The position numbers and the translations under genes are program-made. Of a DNA stretch of 64,000 nt, positions 9,281 to 18,292 are shown piece after piece. Under the pieces are notes generated by a model. It was not told the DNA's origin. It did not search any database and saw nothing but the letters and a program-made list of their open reading frames with translations. Within the stretch, counting starts at the first letter, position 1; each line of letters opens with the position of its first letter. The stretch comes from Candidatus Rokuibacteriota bacterium. GTDB lineage: Bacteria > Methylomirabilota > Methylomirabilia > Rokubacteriales > CSP1-6. The stretch covers positions 2,106 to 66,105 of the forward strand of contig QHSL01000089.1 of NCBI GenBank assembly GCA_003220435.1, read 5' to 3'.

Positions 9281-11229
9281 GCGGTCGCGAGCGGGAGCGA
9301 GACCAGGAAGTGGAGCTCGTGCCGGCCCTGTCGCACCGTCAGCTGTCCGCCCACGGCTTCGACGAGACGCTGACTGACGGCGGGTCCGACGTCGAGCAGA
9401 CCCTCCTGGACCATCTGCACCGGATCGAAGATGCGATGGAGCTTGTCGGGCGAGACGGACGCCGTGCGCGAGCCGATCACGATGCGCACCATCTCGCCGC
9501 TCTCGCGCTCAGAGTGCCGCGCCACCGAGACCGAGACTCGCGCCTGGTCGTCCGGCGAATTGTGGGCGAGGTACCAGATGAGGTACGAGAGCGCCTTGCG
9601 AAGGTGCGCCGGGTCGACCTTCACGACTTGCGGCGTAGTCTCCCGGGTGACGTCGAGCTGCAGCGGCTTGGCCGGCAGATCGTCGACGAGCTCGATCGCC
9701 GTCACCACGTCATCGACGACACTGTGCACATCCACGGTCGTAAAGTTTAGCTCACCTTCCGTCACCAGCCCCGCAAGTTTCTCGAAAACCTCCACGAGCC
9801 GCCGGACGTCCCGGCGCACGACCGAGGAGAAGTGACGGCGGAAGTCGGGGTCGTCGTATCGCTCGCCGATCAGCTCGATGAAGGTGTTGATCGACACGAG
9901 CGGGTTCTTGATCTCGTCGGCGATGCGGGCGACCACGCGGGTGAGGAGCTGGGTTTGCTCGACCTGCCGCCGCTGCGTCAGGAGCTCCGTCTGCGCCGTT
10001 CGGTCTTCGAAGACGAGCACGGCCCCGAGCGGCGTCCCGTCCTCGCCGCGAACCGGATAGGTGGAGACTTCGAGCCAGAGCCCGCGCAAGGCGAGCTGGA
10101 TCTCGTGCCGAGCCGCTGCCCGTCCGGTCCTCAACGTGTCGTAGAGCATGTCGCCGAGCGGCGACGGGAGCGCGCGCAGGTCCTGCTTCATGACCTCGCC
10201 GGCGGACAGCTCCAAGATCTCCTCGGCTCGGCGGTTCATCGTGGCGATCCGGTGGTCGCGTCCGATCGTGATCACCCCGCTCGACATGTGCGCCAGGATG
10301 CGCTCGCTGAACTGCTGCTCGCGCTCGAGCTGGTTGTGCAGGGCGATGTCGCGGATCGCGGTGGCCAGGTGCGATCCGAGATCGAAGAGCGTCTCGGTCT
10401 CGCTCCGGCCGTAGGTCCAGCCGACGACCGGCTGGCCGACGGTGAGGATGGCGACGAGCTCGCCGTGCGCCAGCAGCGGCACCGCGAGGACACTCTGGAG
10501 CAGCCTGAGCTCGCGCGCGACCTCCGGATCCGTCAGGTCCTGCAGCCGGGCCGGACGGCCTTGCGCAGCCAGCCAGCGGGCGAGGCCCTGGCCGGCGGGG
10601 AGGTGCACCCCACCCGCGATCTGAGGCACGAGGCCCCGGTGAGTCGCCACGCGGTACTCCGGCGGGTCGCCAGCGGGCAAGAGCAAGGCCATGCGCGTTG
10701 GCCGGACCAGCTCGCCGATCGCGTCGAGGAACATCTCGAGCGCCCGCGGCTGGTCGAAGCCCGCCGCGAAGGCCCGCGTGAACTCCCTGAGCACTCGGGC
10801 GAACGCGGCGCCTTCCCACGGCTGGTCCGGTGCGGCGCTGCCCGGGCTGTCTGGTGCCAGGCTGGAACGAAGCGCCGTGATTTCCCGCGTCAGCCGCAGC
10901 TGATCGGTCACGTGGCGGAGGGCCCCCTCGAGCTCTCGCTGCGTAAAGGTGGTGGCGAGGACGAGATCGGCCGCTTCCGCCTCCTCGTCCCCGGTTACGC
11001 CGATCGCGATCGTGAGCGTCGAGGGCGCGACCTGTTTCACGCTCGCGACAAAGGTCTCGAGGGTCCTCGGAAGGCTCCCGCCGCGCAAGATAACGTCGAT
11101 GTCGATGAGCCGCAGCGTCTTCAACGCCTCCGGGTCAGTCTGGGCGACAAAGACCGAATGGTCACCGAGGGCCGAGACCAGCCGCGTGCGCAGGGCGTCG
11201 TCGGGTGTGACGATGAGGACGGTGTTCAC
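9277..11229 (-). CDS. degenerate sensor-kinase-like protein (pseudo-receiver - GAF - PAS - DHp-like - degenerate ATPase)
   Basis: The DHp box reads ARIADEIKNPLVSINTF, with Asp where the paralogs have His. No N-box, G1 or G2 is recognisable. The N-terminal REC-like fold lacks the acceptor Asp (IDVILRGG) and the Lys (TTFTQ). Confidence 0.8.
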   Translation of the reverse strand: MNTVLIVTPDDALRTRLVSALGDHSVFVAQTDPEALKTLRLIDIDVILRGGSLPRTLETFVASVKQVAPSTLTIAIGVTGDEEAEAADLVLATTFTQRELEGALRHVTDQLRLTREITALRSSLAPDSPGSAAPDQPWEGAAFARVLREFTRAFAAGFDQPRALEMFLDAIGELVRPTRMALLLPAGDPPEYRVATHRGLVPQIAGGVHLPAGQGLARWLAAQGRPARLQDLTDPEVARELRLLQSVLAVPLLAHGELVAILTVGQPVVGWTYGRSETETLFDLGSHLATAIRDIALHNQLEREQQFSERILAHMSSGVITIGRDHRIATMNRRAEEILELSAGEVMKQDLRALPSPLGDMLYDTLRTGRAAARHEIQLALRGLWLEVSTYPVRGEDGTPLGAVLVFEDRTAQTELLTQRRQVEQTQLLTRVVARIADEIKNPLVSINTFIELIGERYDDPDFRRHFSSVVRRDVRRLVEVFEKLAGLVTEGELNFTTVDVHSVVDDVVTAIELVDDLPAKPLQLDVTRETTPQVVKVDPAHLRKALSYLIWYLAHNSPDDQARVSVSVARHSERESGEMVRIVIGSRTASVSPDKLHRIFDPVQMVQEGLLDVGPAVSQRLVEAVGGQLTVRQGRHELHFLVSLPLATA

Positions 11230-13676
11230 GCCGACACCGGCGCGGCTACGGCGAGCGGGAAGTCGACGGTGAAGGCGGCCCCGCCCACCTCGCGGTTGGC
11301 GGCCCGGAGCCGAGCGCCGTGGGTCTGGGCGATGGAGGAGCAGATCGCCAGTCCGAGACCAGAGCCGCGTTCCTTGGTGGTAAAGAACGGATCGAACACG
11401 CGTTCCAGAATCTCGGCCGGGATACCGCCGCCAGTGTCCACCACGGCGACAGTAGCATGATCGGCCCTGACCGCTAACTCTATCCGCACCATGCCGCCCG
11501 GCGGCGTAGCCTCGTGCGCGTTCATGAGCAGATTCAGGAAGAGCTGCTCGAGCTCTGAATGATCGCCCAGGATCATGCAGGGCGACTGGCCCGGCGCCGC
11601 CGAGACGACGACGTTCTTCTCCTTGAAGGCCGGCCCCATAGCTTCGATCGCTTCGCCGATCGGTGCCCGGAGATCGAGCAGATGACGCGGACGCTCGCCG
11701 GGACTCGAGAGCGTGCGCAGGCGGTCGAGAAGCCGCTCCATCCGTCCGATCTCGCGCGTCACGATCCGGCCGAAGTCGTCGATGAACCGATCGTCGCCAC
11801 GGCGGCGCGGCAGGAGCTGGGCGAACGTCTTGACCGAGACGAGCGGGTTCTTGATCTCGTGAGCGATCCCCGACGCGAGCATCTCGAAGTACGCGAGGCG
11901 CTCGGCGCGTCGCCGCTCCACCTCGAGCTCCTTGAGCGGCGTCAGATCGCTGAAGACGGCGACCGCTCCCAGCACCATGCCCGCCGGATCGTGCAGTGGC
12001 GAGGTCGCGCAGATGATCGGCCGGGTCGTCGTGCCGTCCGACAGGCTGATCTCCGGCTGCGTCCGGGGGCTGCCATCGATCACGGTCTCCGTGAGCATCT
12101 CCCGCACAGCCGCCGGCAACACGCCGACGGACTGGTGGCGGACGCGCTCCAGCGGCAGCCCGGTGAGCTGCTCGGCAGCGCGGTTGAAGAGCGTGATCTG
12201 GCCGGTGGCGTCGACTGCGACGACCCCGCTCTCGATCGTGGAGACGATGTTGTTGAGGTGCTCGTTGGCCAGCAGGACCTGGGCGTAGAGCTGCGCGTTC
12301 TTCACCGCGATTCCGGCCTGGTTGGCGAGCGTCATCAGCAGGTCGAGGTCCTGGGGATAGAACGGATCGCCGGAGAGCTTCGGCCCCACCACGATGGCGC
12401 CGATCACTCGATTCTCGGAGATGAGCGGCAGGACGAGCGCCCAGTTGAGATGCGCCAGCGCGTCGTGCAGGCGCTGGCGGTCATCCGTCAGCCGTTCGCG
12501 CGCGATCTCGTCGGTGAGCAGAAGATCCTTCGAGCGTATGAGCGCCGTGGTGATCACCGCCGGCGCTTCGTCCGGCGTGTCGAAGCCGCTCTGCGCCAGA
12601 CGCTTCTCCGTGATCGCCTGGCGAAACGTCCCGCCGGACTCGACCACGCTCCGATCGAGGTACACGGCGGCCCCTTCGGAGTTCGTCGAGGCCGCCACCG
12701 TGTGGTTCACGAACTGCAGCAGGATCTTGAGATCGAGGACACCCGTGAGGGCTCGACTCGCTTCCCGAAGCGTCCGCTGGTAGTTCACGTGCGTGCGGTA
12801 GACGTATCGATCCAGCAGCCGCCCTGCCGCGTCGCGCGTCAACGGAATCAGCAGACTGACCACGACGACCGCGGCGATCAGGGCGACGAGCTCCTCGGGG
12901 TTCAGGTGATCCGAAAGCTTGGGCCACGCCATCGCCAACAGCGCCGCCACCGGCACGAGCGATACCACCAGCGCGAGCGCGAACGTGAGGCCGCCATGGA
13001 TCACGAGGCGGACGTCCATCAGGCGATGGCGAATGATCGCGTGCGCAACCATCGCGACGAACACCAGTGCGAAGTGGGGCCCGATCCAACTGTATGCTGA
13101 GTGACCGGTCGCCAGGGGTAGGATGAGATTCGCGCCAATGCCGCCAGCGCTGCTGAGCACGAATCCCAGAGCTAGATAGTGGATTTGGGCACGGGCCAAT
13201 CCCTTCACGCGCCGCCACTTCGAGACGAGCATCGCCAGGGCTGCGCACCAAGCTAGGACGAAGTAGGCAGCAAAGAACAAGTAGAGGGGACCGGTTTTGC
13301 GGGCTGGGCCTGTAGGCGTCACTATTGTGTCGTTCACGATCAGGCGGGTCGCTATCGAAGCGACGGCGAAAACTAGTGCAAGGAAGAAATTAAGGCGCAG
13401 TATCCACCTGCTCGGCCAGCCCGACGGAGTAGGGTAAGAGGTCACGAAGGTCAGAAACGTCGCCGGGATTAGGCTCGCCGCGCCGAAGGCTAGCGGTGCC
13501 CATAGACTGAAATTCGTTCCCGAGTGAAAGAGGGCGACTCCGAATGCCCAGATGGCGCCTAGGAGCGTGAGCGCCCCGAATGAGCGGTTCGTCTGGCTGT
13601 CAGGTCGAGCGCGCCAAACAAGTAGCCCAAGTCCAAGAACAAGACACGATACAAGGTAGAGCGAGACTTGAATCAT
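11226..13676 (-). CDS. membrane sensor histidine kinase (multi-TM N-domain - GAF - PAS - HisKA - HATPase)
   Basis: The start is taken at MIQVSLYLVS (ATG 13676..13674), which overlaps the TGA of the upstream kinase. H-box GIAHEIKNPL, N-box NLLMNAHEA, DTGGGI, GSGLGLAI. Confidence 0.9.
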   Translation of the reverse strand: MIQVSLYLVSCLVLGLGLLVWRARPDSQTNRSFGALTLLGAIWAFGVALFHSGTNFSLWAPLAFGAASLIPATFLTFVTSYPTPSGWPSRWILRLNFFLALVFAVASIATRLIVNDTIVTPTGPARKTGPLYLFFAAYFVLAWCAALAMLVSKWRRVKGLARAQIHYLALGFVLSSAGGIGANLILPLATGHSAYSWIGPHFALVFVAMVAHAIIRHRLMDVRLVIHGGLTFALALVVSLVPVAALLAMAWPKLSDHLNPEELVALIAAVVVVSLLIPLTRDAAGRLLDRYVYRTHVNYQRTLREASRALTGVLDLKILLQFVNHTVAASTNSEGAAVYLDRSVVESGGTFRQAITEKRLAQSGFDTPDEAPAVITTALIRSKDLLLTDEIARERLTDDRQRLHDALAHLNWALVLPLISENRVIGAIVVGPKLSGDPFYPQDLDLLMTLANQAGIAVKNAQLYAQVLLANEHLNNIVSTIESGVVAVDATGQITLFNRAAEQLTGLPLERVRHQSVGVLPAAVREMLTETVIDGSPRTQPEISLSDGTTTRPIICATSPLHDPAGMVLGAVAVFSDLTPLKELEVERRRAERLAYFEMLASGIAHEIKNPLVSVKTFAQLLPRRRGDDRFIDDFGRIVTREIGRMERLLDRLRTLSSPGERPRHLLDLRAPIGEAIEAMGPAFKEKNVVVSAAPGQSPCMILGDHSELEQLFLNLLMNAHEATPPGGMVRIELAVRADHATVAVVDTGGGIPAEILERVFDPFFTTKERGSGLGLAICSSIAQTHGARLRAANREVGGAAFTVDFPLAVAAPVSA

Positions 13677-16108
13677 GTCGGCTGAGACTCTTCCGCCATG
13701 CAGGGGAACTCGATCTCGGCTATCGTTCCACCGAGAATCGAGCGAGGGAGAAGCGTCAAGCGTGCGCGATGAAAATCCGCGATCTCGCGACAAATCGACA
13801 GGCCGAGGCCAGTACCAGACGGTTTTGTTGTGAAGAAGGGCTCGAATATCTTGGTGCGAACAGTTGGATCGACGCCCAAACCCTCATCTATAACCCGGAC
13901 GAGAATTGAGGCTGCCGCAGACCGACCAGCCAGCTGATCTGCATCGATGGTGACAGTACCACCACCTGGCATTGCCTCAATTGCATTTCTGAGGAGATTC
14001 ACAAAGAGCTGGACGAGCTGGCTGGGATCGCCTTGGATCTTGGGCAAGTCATCAGGGCAGTGAAGGTCAATCTTTACCTGCTGCTCGTGGGCTGCCGGAG
14101 AGTGAATCGCAACAATGTCGTGAAGCAGCGGCGCTATCGACACGACGCTAAGCTTTCCCCCCTCGCTCGGCGCCATTAGTCGGAGTCGGTCAGCGAGCCG
14201 TACTATCCGCGACACCTCCATCGGGAGAATTCGGACGGCTGTGTCTCGATACTCAGGATCATCAAATCGGTCGGGGAGCATCGCTACGAAGTTTGAAATA
14301 GCGGCGAGCGGATTGCGAATCTCATGGGCGATACCCGCGTAGAAGCGCGCCATGATCGCGAGATGTTCGATCCTTCGTTGATTCCTCTCGAGTGCTTTGA
14401 CGGTGGAGAGGTCAGTGACCACAACGAGGGCCCCGGAAACCCGGCCCTTGTCGTCGTGCAGGACCGCAGTGGAAAGGATCACATGCAAGACGTCCCGGCT
14501 CGTATGGTCGATGGTTACCTCTACCTCCCTCGGATGCCAGCCCCCACTGATTGCGAGGACTAGGGCCCATCCGATCTCGGACGGCAACACGCTCATCAAG
14601 GCGCCGCGGTGATCATCTCTTAGACCGAGCAGGTTTTTTGCCGCACGATTGAAGCTCGTCATTCTCCCCGCAATGTCGATGGCGACAACGGCAGAGTCCA
14701 GTGACTCTAGAAGGCGATCCGAGTACTCCAGCATCTGAATCCGCTGTCGGTACAGCGTTGCGTTCTCGAGTGCGATCGATGCGAGATCTGTGAGCGATTC
14801 GATGAAGAGCAGGTCGTTCTTGAAGTAGGCATCTCCGCTGCGCCGAGACCCCAAGAGCACAAGTGCCAGGAGTTGGCCGCGTCTTCCTAGGGTCACTACG
14901 ACTTCGACACCGGCTGTTCGCAGGGCCTCATGCGCGGGCTTTGCGGGACCTGTTTCTTGCGCGGGATCTACGACTATCAGCGTCGTATCAGAACGACCCA
15001 CATGCAATGAGGACAAGGCGGAAACATCGACTGCTTGAGTCGCACTACTTGCAGTGAGATCTTCGAATGTGTCGCTTTCAAAGGATTTGACAAGCATCGT
15101 AAAGGATTCTGGCACTAACACTTCGCCAAGAATCTGCCGAAGCTCGGCAGCTACTTCCGTCGGTTGCATAAGACGGCTCAGGCGTCTTGTGGCACCGCGG
15201 AGTGCTGAGGAGTACTCAATGCCACCGCGAAACAAGTAAGGATCTATCACTCGGTTGAAGAAGTGTTGAGCCGGGCTCGACAGCATCGCGAGGGCGACGA
15301 TCGCGACGATGACGAGATCGGGGTGAATGAACGGGGCCTCAACCTCCCAGGCAGGAAATAGTAATCGTGTCCCAGTTATCAAGAGAGCTGATGCTGCGGC
15401 CATTGAGAAGGCGTACGCCAATCCCCGACTGATGAATATGCGGAGGTCCATTAGCCGATGACGAATGATGGCGTGACCTACGAGAGCAACCAGAGGCAGG
15501 GTGAAGTATGGGCCAAGCCAGCTGAGTGTTGATCGTCCTGTGACAATCGGAATCATCAGGTTGGTCGTAATTCCGCCCGCACTGAGGACCAACAAGCCGA
15601 TTCCGAGGTATTGCAACTGGGCTCGCGCTAACCCTCGTTCCCGACGCCACTTCAAGATGAAGACGCTCAGAGCAGTGATCAGACAGGCCAGAAAATAAAA
15701 CGTAAACAGGGAGAAAAGAGGACCAGATCTACGCTGAATTCCGGTGGTCGTTAGTGATATGTCGTAGGCGATCAGTCGAGTTGCCACTGACAACACCGCC
15801 AGCACCGCGCCGACGCCGAGCGCTGTCCACAGAACTGACGTAGATGGCCACGCACTCGTCGCAGGAAAGACACGTGAGAACGCCAAGAAGGCCGCAGGCA
15901 TCATGCATGCTGCTACGAAAGTAACTCGTCCCCATGCCTCGGTGTGAATGCCGCTCTCTACGCCTCCGATTCCGAGCACCCAGCCGGCAATCGAAATAGT
16001 CAGTATCGCGAAGCGGCAATTTATCTTGCTGTCTGGTCGAGCCCGCCAGACATAGGTCGCAAGTCCTACCAACAGAAGAGCTAGCGCTAGGAGTGAAGGT
16101 GCGCGCAC
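13673..16108 (-). CDS. membrane sensor histidine kinase, tandem paralog of the downstream gene
   Basis: GTG start 4 nt after the ketosynthase stop. Same architecture as the downstream paralog. H-box GIAHEIRNPL, N-box NLLRNAIEA, DEGLGV, GTGLGLSI. Shares VWRARPDS, KWRR..GLARAQ and HAIIRHRLMD with the paralog. Confidence 0.9.
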   Translation of the reverse strand: MRAPSLLALALLLVGLATYVWRARPDSKINCRFAILTISIAGWVLGIGGVESGIHTEAWGRVTFVAACMMPAAFLAFSRVFPATSAWPSTSVLWTALGVGAVLAVLSVATRLIAYDISLTTTGIQRRSGPLFSLFTFYFLACLITALSVFILKWRRERGLARAQLQYLGIGLLVLSAGGITTNLMIPIVTGRSTLSWLGPYFTLPLVALVGHAIIRHRLMDLRIFISRGLAYAFSMAAASALLITGTRLLFPAWEVEAPFIHPDLVIVAIVALAMLSSPAQHFFNRVIDPYLFRGGIEYSSALRGATRRLSRLMQPTEVAAELRQILGEVLVPESFTMLVKSFESDTFEDLTASSATQAVDVSALSSLHVGRSDTTLIVVDPAQETGPAKPAHEALRTAGVEVVVTLGRRGQLLALVLLGSRRSGDAYFKNDLLFIESLTDLASIALENATLYRQRIQMLEYSDRLLESLDSAVVAIDIAGRMTSFNRAAKNLLGLRDDHRGALMSVLPSEIGWALVLAISGGWHPREVEVTIDHTSRDVLHVILSTAVLHDDKGRVSGALVVVTDLSTVKALERNQRRIEHLAIMARFYAGIAHEIRNPLAAISNFVAMLPDRFDDPEYRDTAVRILPMEVSRIVRLADRLRLMAPSEGGKLSVVSIAPLLHDIVAIHSPAAHEQQVKIDLHCPDDLPKIQGDPSQLVQLFVNLLRNAIEAMPGGGTVTIDADQLAGRSAAASILVRVIDEGLGVDPTVRTKIFEPFFTTKPSGTGLGLSICREIADFHRARLTLLPRSILGGTIAEIEFPCMAEESQPT

Positions 16109-16112
16109 TCGC

Positions 16113-17354
16113 TCAACAGGGAGCGCCCAAGATTAAGGCGGCGTGTGATCCGCCGATACTCTGGGCATGTATGAGGACGGTACGCACGCGCGCGGGTCGG
16201 GCAATATTCGGCACGTAGTCGAGGTCGCAAACCGGGTCGCGAACACTGTAGTTGATTGTCGGCGGCACGATACTATCCCGAATCGCGAGGCACGAAGCTA
16301 CGACTTGCATTGCGCCGCTGGCGGCTAGCGCCTGCCCGCACATCGACTTGATCGACGAAATCGCCAGGGACCACGCGCGATCTCCGAAAGCGAGCTTGAT
16401 GCCTGCCGTCTCAGATGCGTCGTAGTCGACGAGGGAGTTGCCGTGAGCGCAGATGTAGTCAATATCACGCGTTGTGAGACCTGCAGCATTCAGTGCCATT
16501 AGGATCGCGCGCGCGGCAGACTCTCCGGTGGCATCCACGTTTCGCATATGCGTGCCCTCCGTGGCGCTACCGTACCCGAGAACGCGAGCGTAAATAGGAG
16601 CACCGCGAGCGCGCGCAACCTCTTCGTCCTCGATGGTGAGAATCGCCGCTCCTTCTGCCAAAACCAAGCCGCACCGCAGCTTGTCGAAAGGCCGACTCGC
16701 CTCGGCAGGTGGCCCCTGCCAGGTTGCCAATGCACCTAATGCTCGGAAGGCCTCCATGGAGGCCGCAGACAACGGCGTTTCTGTCGCTCCGGCAAGCACC
16801 GCACTGGCCTTAGCATTGGCGACCTTTTCCGCTCCCCACGAGATAGCGTCGAGACCAGCGACACATGCTGTCGCCGGACTCGCTGTCTGGCCGCGAGCCC
16901 CCACGCTAATTGCGACGTGACTTGTTGCCGCGTGCCCCGGGTATTCGAGAACCGTCCACGGGCGCATGTCCTCGCCGTGAAGGAATGCGAGGAAGTTTGA
17001 ATGCTCGACGTCGACGAGGCCGCTCATTGATGAGCCGACAGACACCAGAACTTCACCACTGGACCCGCCTGCGAAACTGAGTTGACTGTCCCCAAGCGCC
17101 ATCTTCGCGGCAGCGACTGCGAATTGGCTGAAGCGACCGGCGACCTTAGCCGTGGGTCCTGGCATCCATTGTCGAGCGTTGAAGTCCCGAACCTCGCCGA
17201 CGAGCCGGCAGTCCGAAGGGAGTTTGGAACAGTCGAACAACGTTGGGTGGCCGATGCCAGACCGACCAGCTAGTGCGGAGGCCCAGAACTTGTCTACGCC
17301 GACCCCGATGGGAGAGACAATGCCGAGTCCGGTGATGACCGGCTGTCGCTTCAT
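16113..17354 (-). CDS. stand-alone beta-ketoacyl synthase (FabF/KAS I-II fold) with Cys-His-Gln in place of Cys-His-His
   Basis: MKRQPVITGLGIVSPIG start with GGAGAGG Shine-Dalgarno. ATACVAGLDAI (Cys), ICAHGNS (His), SIKSMCGQALAASG (Gln where FabF has TGHLLGAAG). No ACP or partner genes are adjacent. Confidence 0.85.
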   Translation of the reverse strand: MKRQPVITGLGIVSPIGVGVDKFWASALAGRSGIGHPTLFDCSKLPSDCRLVGEVRDFNARQWMPGPTAKVAGRFSQFAVAAAKMALGDSQLSFAGGSSGEVLVSVGSSMSGLVDVEHSNFLAFLHGEDMRPWTVLEYPGHAATSHVAISVGARGQTASPATACVAGLDAISWGAEKVANAKASAVLAGATETPLSAASMEAFRALGALATWQGPPAEASRPFDKLRCGLVLAEGAAILTIEDEEVARARGAPIYARVLGYGSATEGTHMRNVDATGESAARAILMALNAAGLTTRDIDYICAHGNSLVDYDASETAGIKLAFGDRAWSLAISSIKSMCGQALAASGAMQVVASCLAIRDSIVPPTINYSVRDPVCDLDYVPNIARPARVRTVLIHAQSIGGSHAALILGAPC

Positions 17355-17462
17355 CCAGTTGGTCCTCTCCCGCTGGGCGCTCGGCAGCGTTTCTTCCAAG
17401 AAACCCGTTGCTTACGTTAGCAGGTCAACGGCCAAACGACCAAGTTCCACCGGGCTGGAGAC

Positions 17463-17471
17463 TGCTAGAAT
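17463..17471 (+). promoter_or_regulatory. extended -10 element (TGcTAGAAT) for the 17489 gene
   Basis: TGCTAGAAT ends 17 nt before the ATG at 17489, and no Shine-Dalgarno lies between them. Confidence 0.35.
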
Positions 17472-17488
17472 ATGTGAACTGCTGAGAC

Positions 17489-18292
17489 ATGTCCAGGAAC
17501 GCCACGAGTCGCCGCGAGTTCCTGACGCTTCCGCTGGCTTTGCTCCTCGCACCCCTCCTCGGTCGCGCAGCTTGCGCGGCGACGGATGCTCGCAAGGCCA
17601 AATATGGTGCGGACGTCAGCATCCTTTACGGCGTGCTGACTTACCGGCTCGAGGGGACGATGACCGAGACGGTCGACCGGGCGGCGGGCCAATACGACGT
17701 GACGATCGCCGGGGAAGGGGATGGCATCGCCAACCGGATCGAGTCTCGCGGCACCCTCTGGCAGGGGCGTTGGGCGCCGCTCCAGACGCGTGCCTTCTTC
17801 TCGGTGAAGGGGCGTGAATCGCGCTCGGACATCACCTACGACTACACCCAGCGGAGCATCGCGTACCATTTCAAGGGTGAGACGTTCTTCCTCCGACGGC
17901 TGCGCGTCGCGGACGACGTTCTGGTGATGCCGGAGGGGCTGTACGTCGACGACACGATCAGCGCGGCGCTCAATTACACTGATCAGCTCTGGGTGCCGCA
18001 ATCCGACGGGAGCTACCTGACCCGCGTGGTGCGCCGCAAGAAGGCCGAGAACGAGGGCGCCGACGATGTTCAGCAGCACTACCAGGCGGAGCTGATCCCC
18101 TTCATGCTCAAGGTCGCCGTCGACGCGGCCACCGGTAAGTCGACGGCGCACATCGACCTGACGCGCTTTTCGTCCTGGGCCAAGCAGGATCAGCCCGGGC
18201 GCATCACGTTCGGCGCCGGCCGGCGGATCGAGAACCTGAGTCTTCCCATGATGCTGGGGACCTCGGTCCAGATCCGGATCGCGACCGGCTAA
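17489..18292 (+). CDS. exported protein of unknown function with twin-arginine-type signal
   Basis: N-terminus MSRNATSRREFLTLPLALLLAPLLGRAACAA. The remainder is beta-rich. It possibly resembles DUF3108-type proteins, but I cannot confirm this. Confidence 0.65.
   Translation: MSRNATSRREFLTLPLALLLAPLLGRAACAATDARKAKYGADVSILYGVLTYRLEGTMTETVDRAAGQYDVTIAGEGDGIANRIESRGTLWQGRWAPLQTRAFFSVKGRESRSDITYDYTQRSIAYHFKGETFFLRRLRVADDVLVMPEGLYVDDTISAALNYTDQLWVPQSDGSYLTRVVRRKKAENEGADDVQQHYQAELIPFMLKVAVDAATGKSTAHIDLTRFSSWAKQDQPGRITFGAGRRIENLSLPMMLGTSVQIRIATG

Noticed and set aside
13677-13793. 39-codon N-terminal extension of the second 7TM kinase, from the track start at 13793.
   Set aside because: The extension (MSRDRGFSSRTLDASPSLDSRWNDSRDRV...) overlaps the 3' end of the upstream kinase and is not hydrophobic or conserved-looking. 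The ATG at 13676 gives an N-terminus parallel to the paralog and a classic ATGA overlap.
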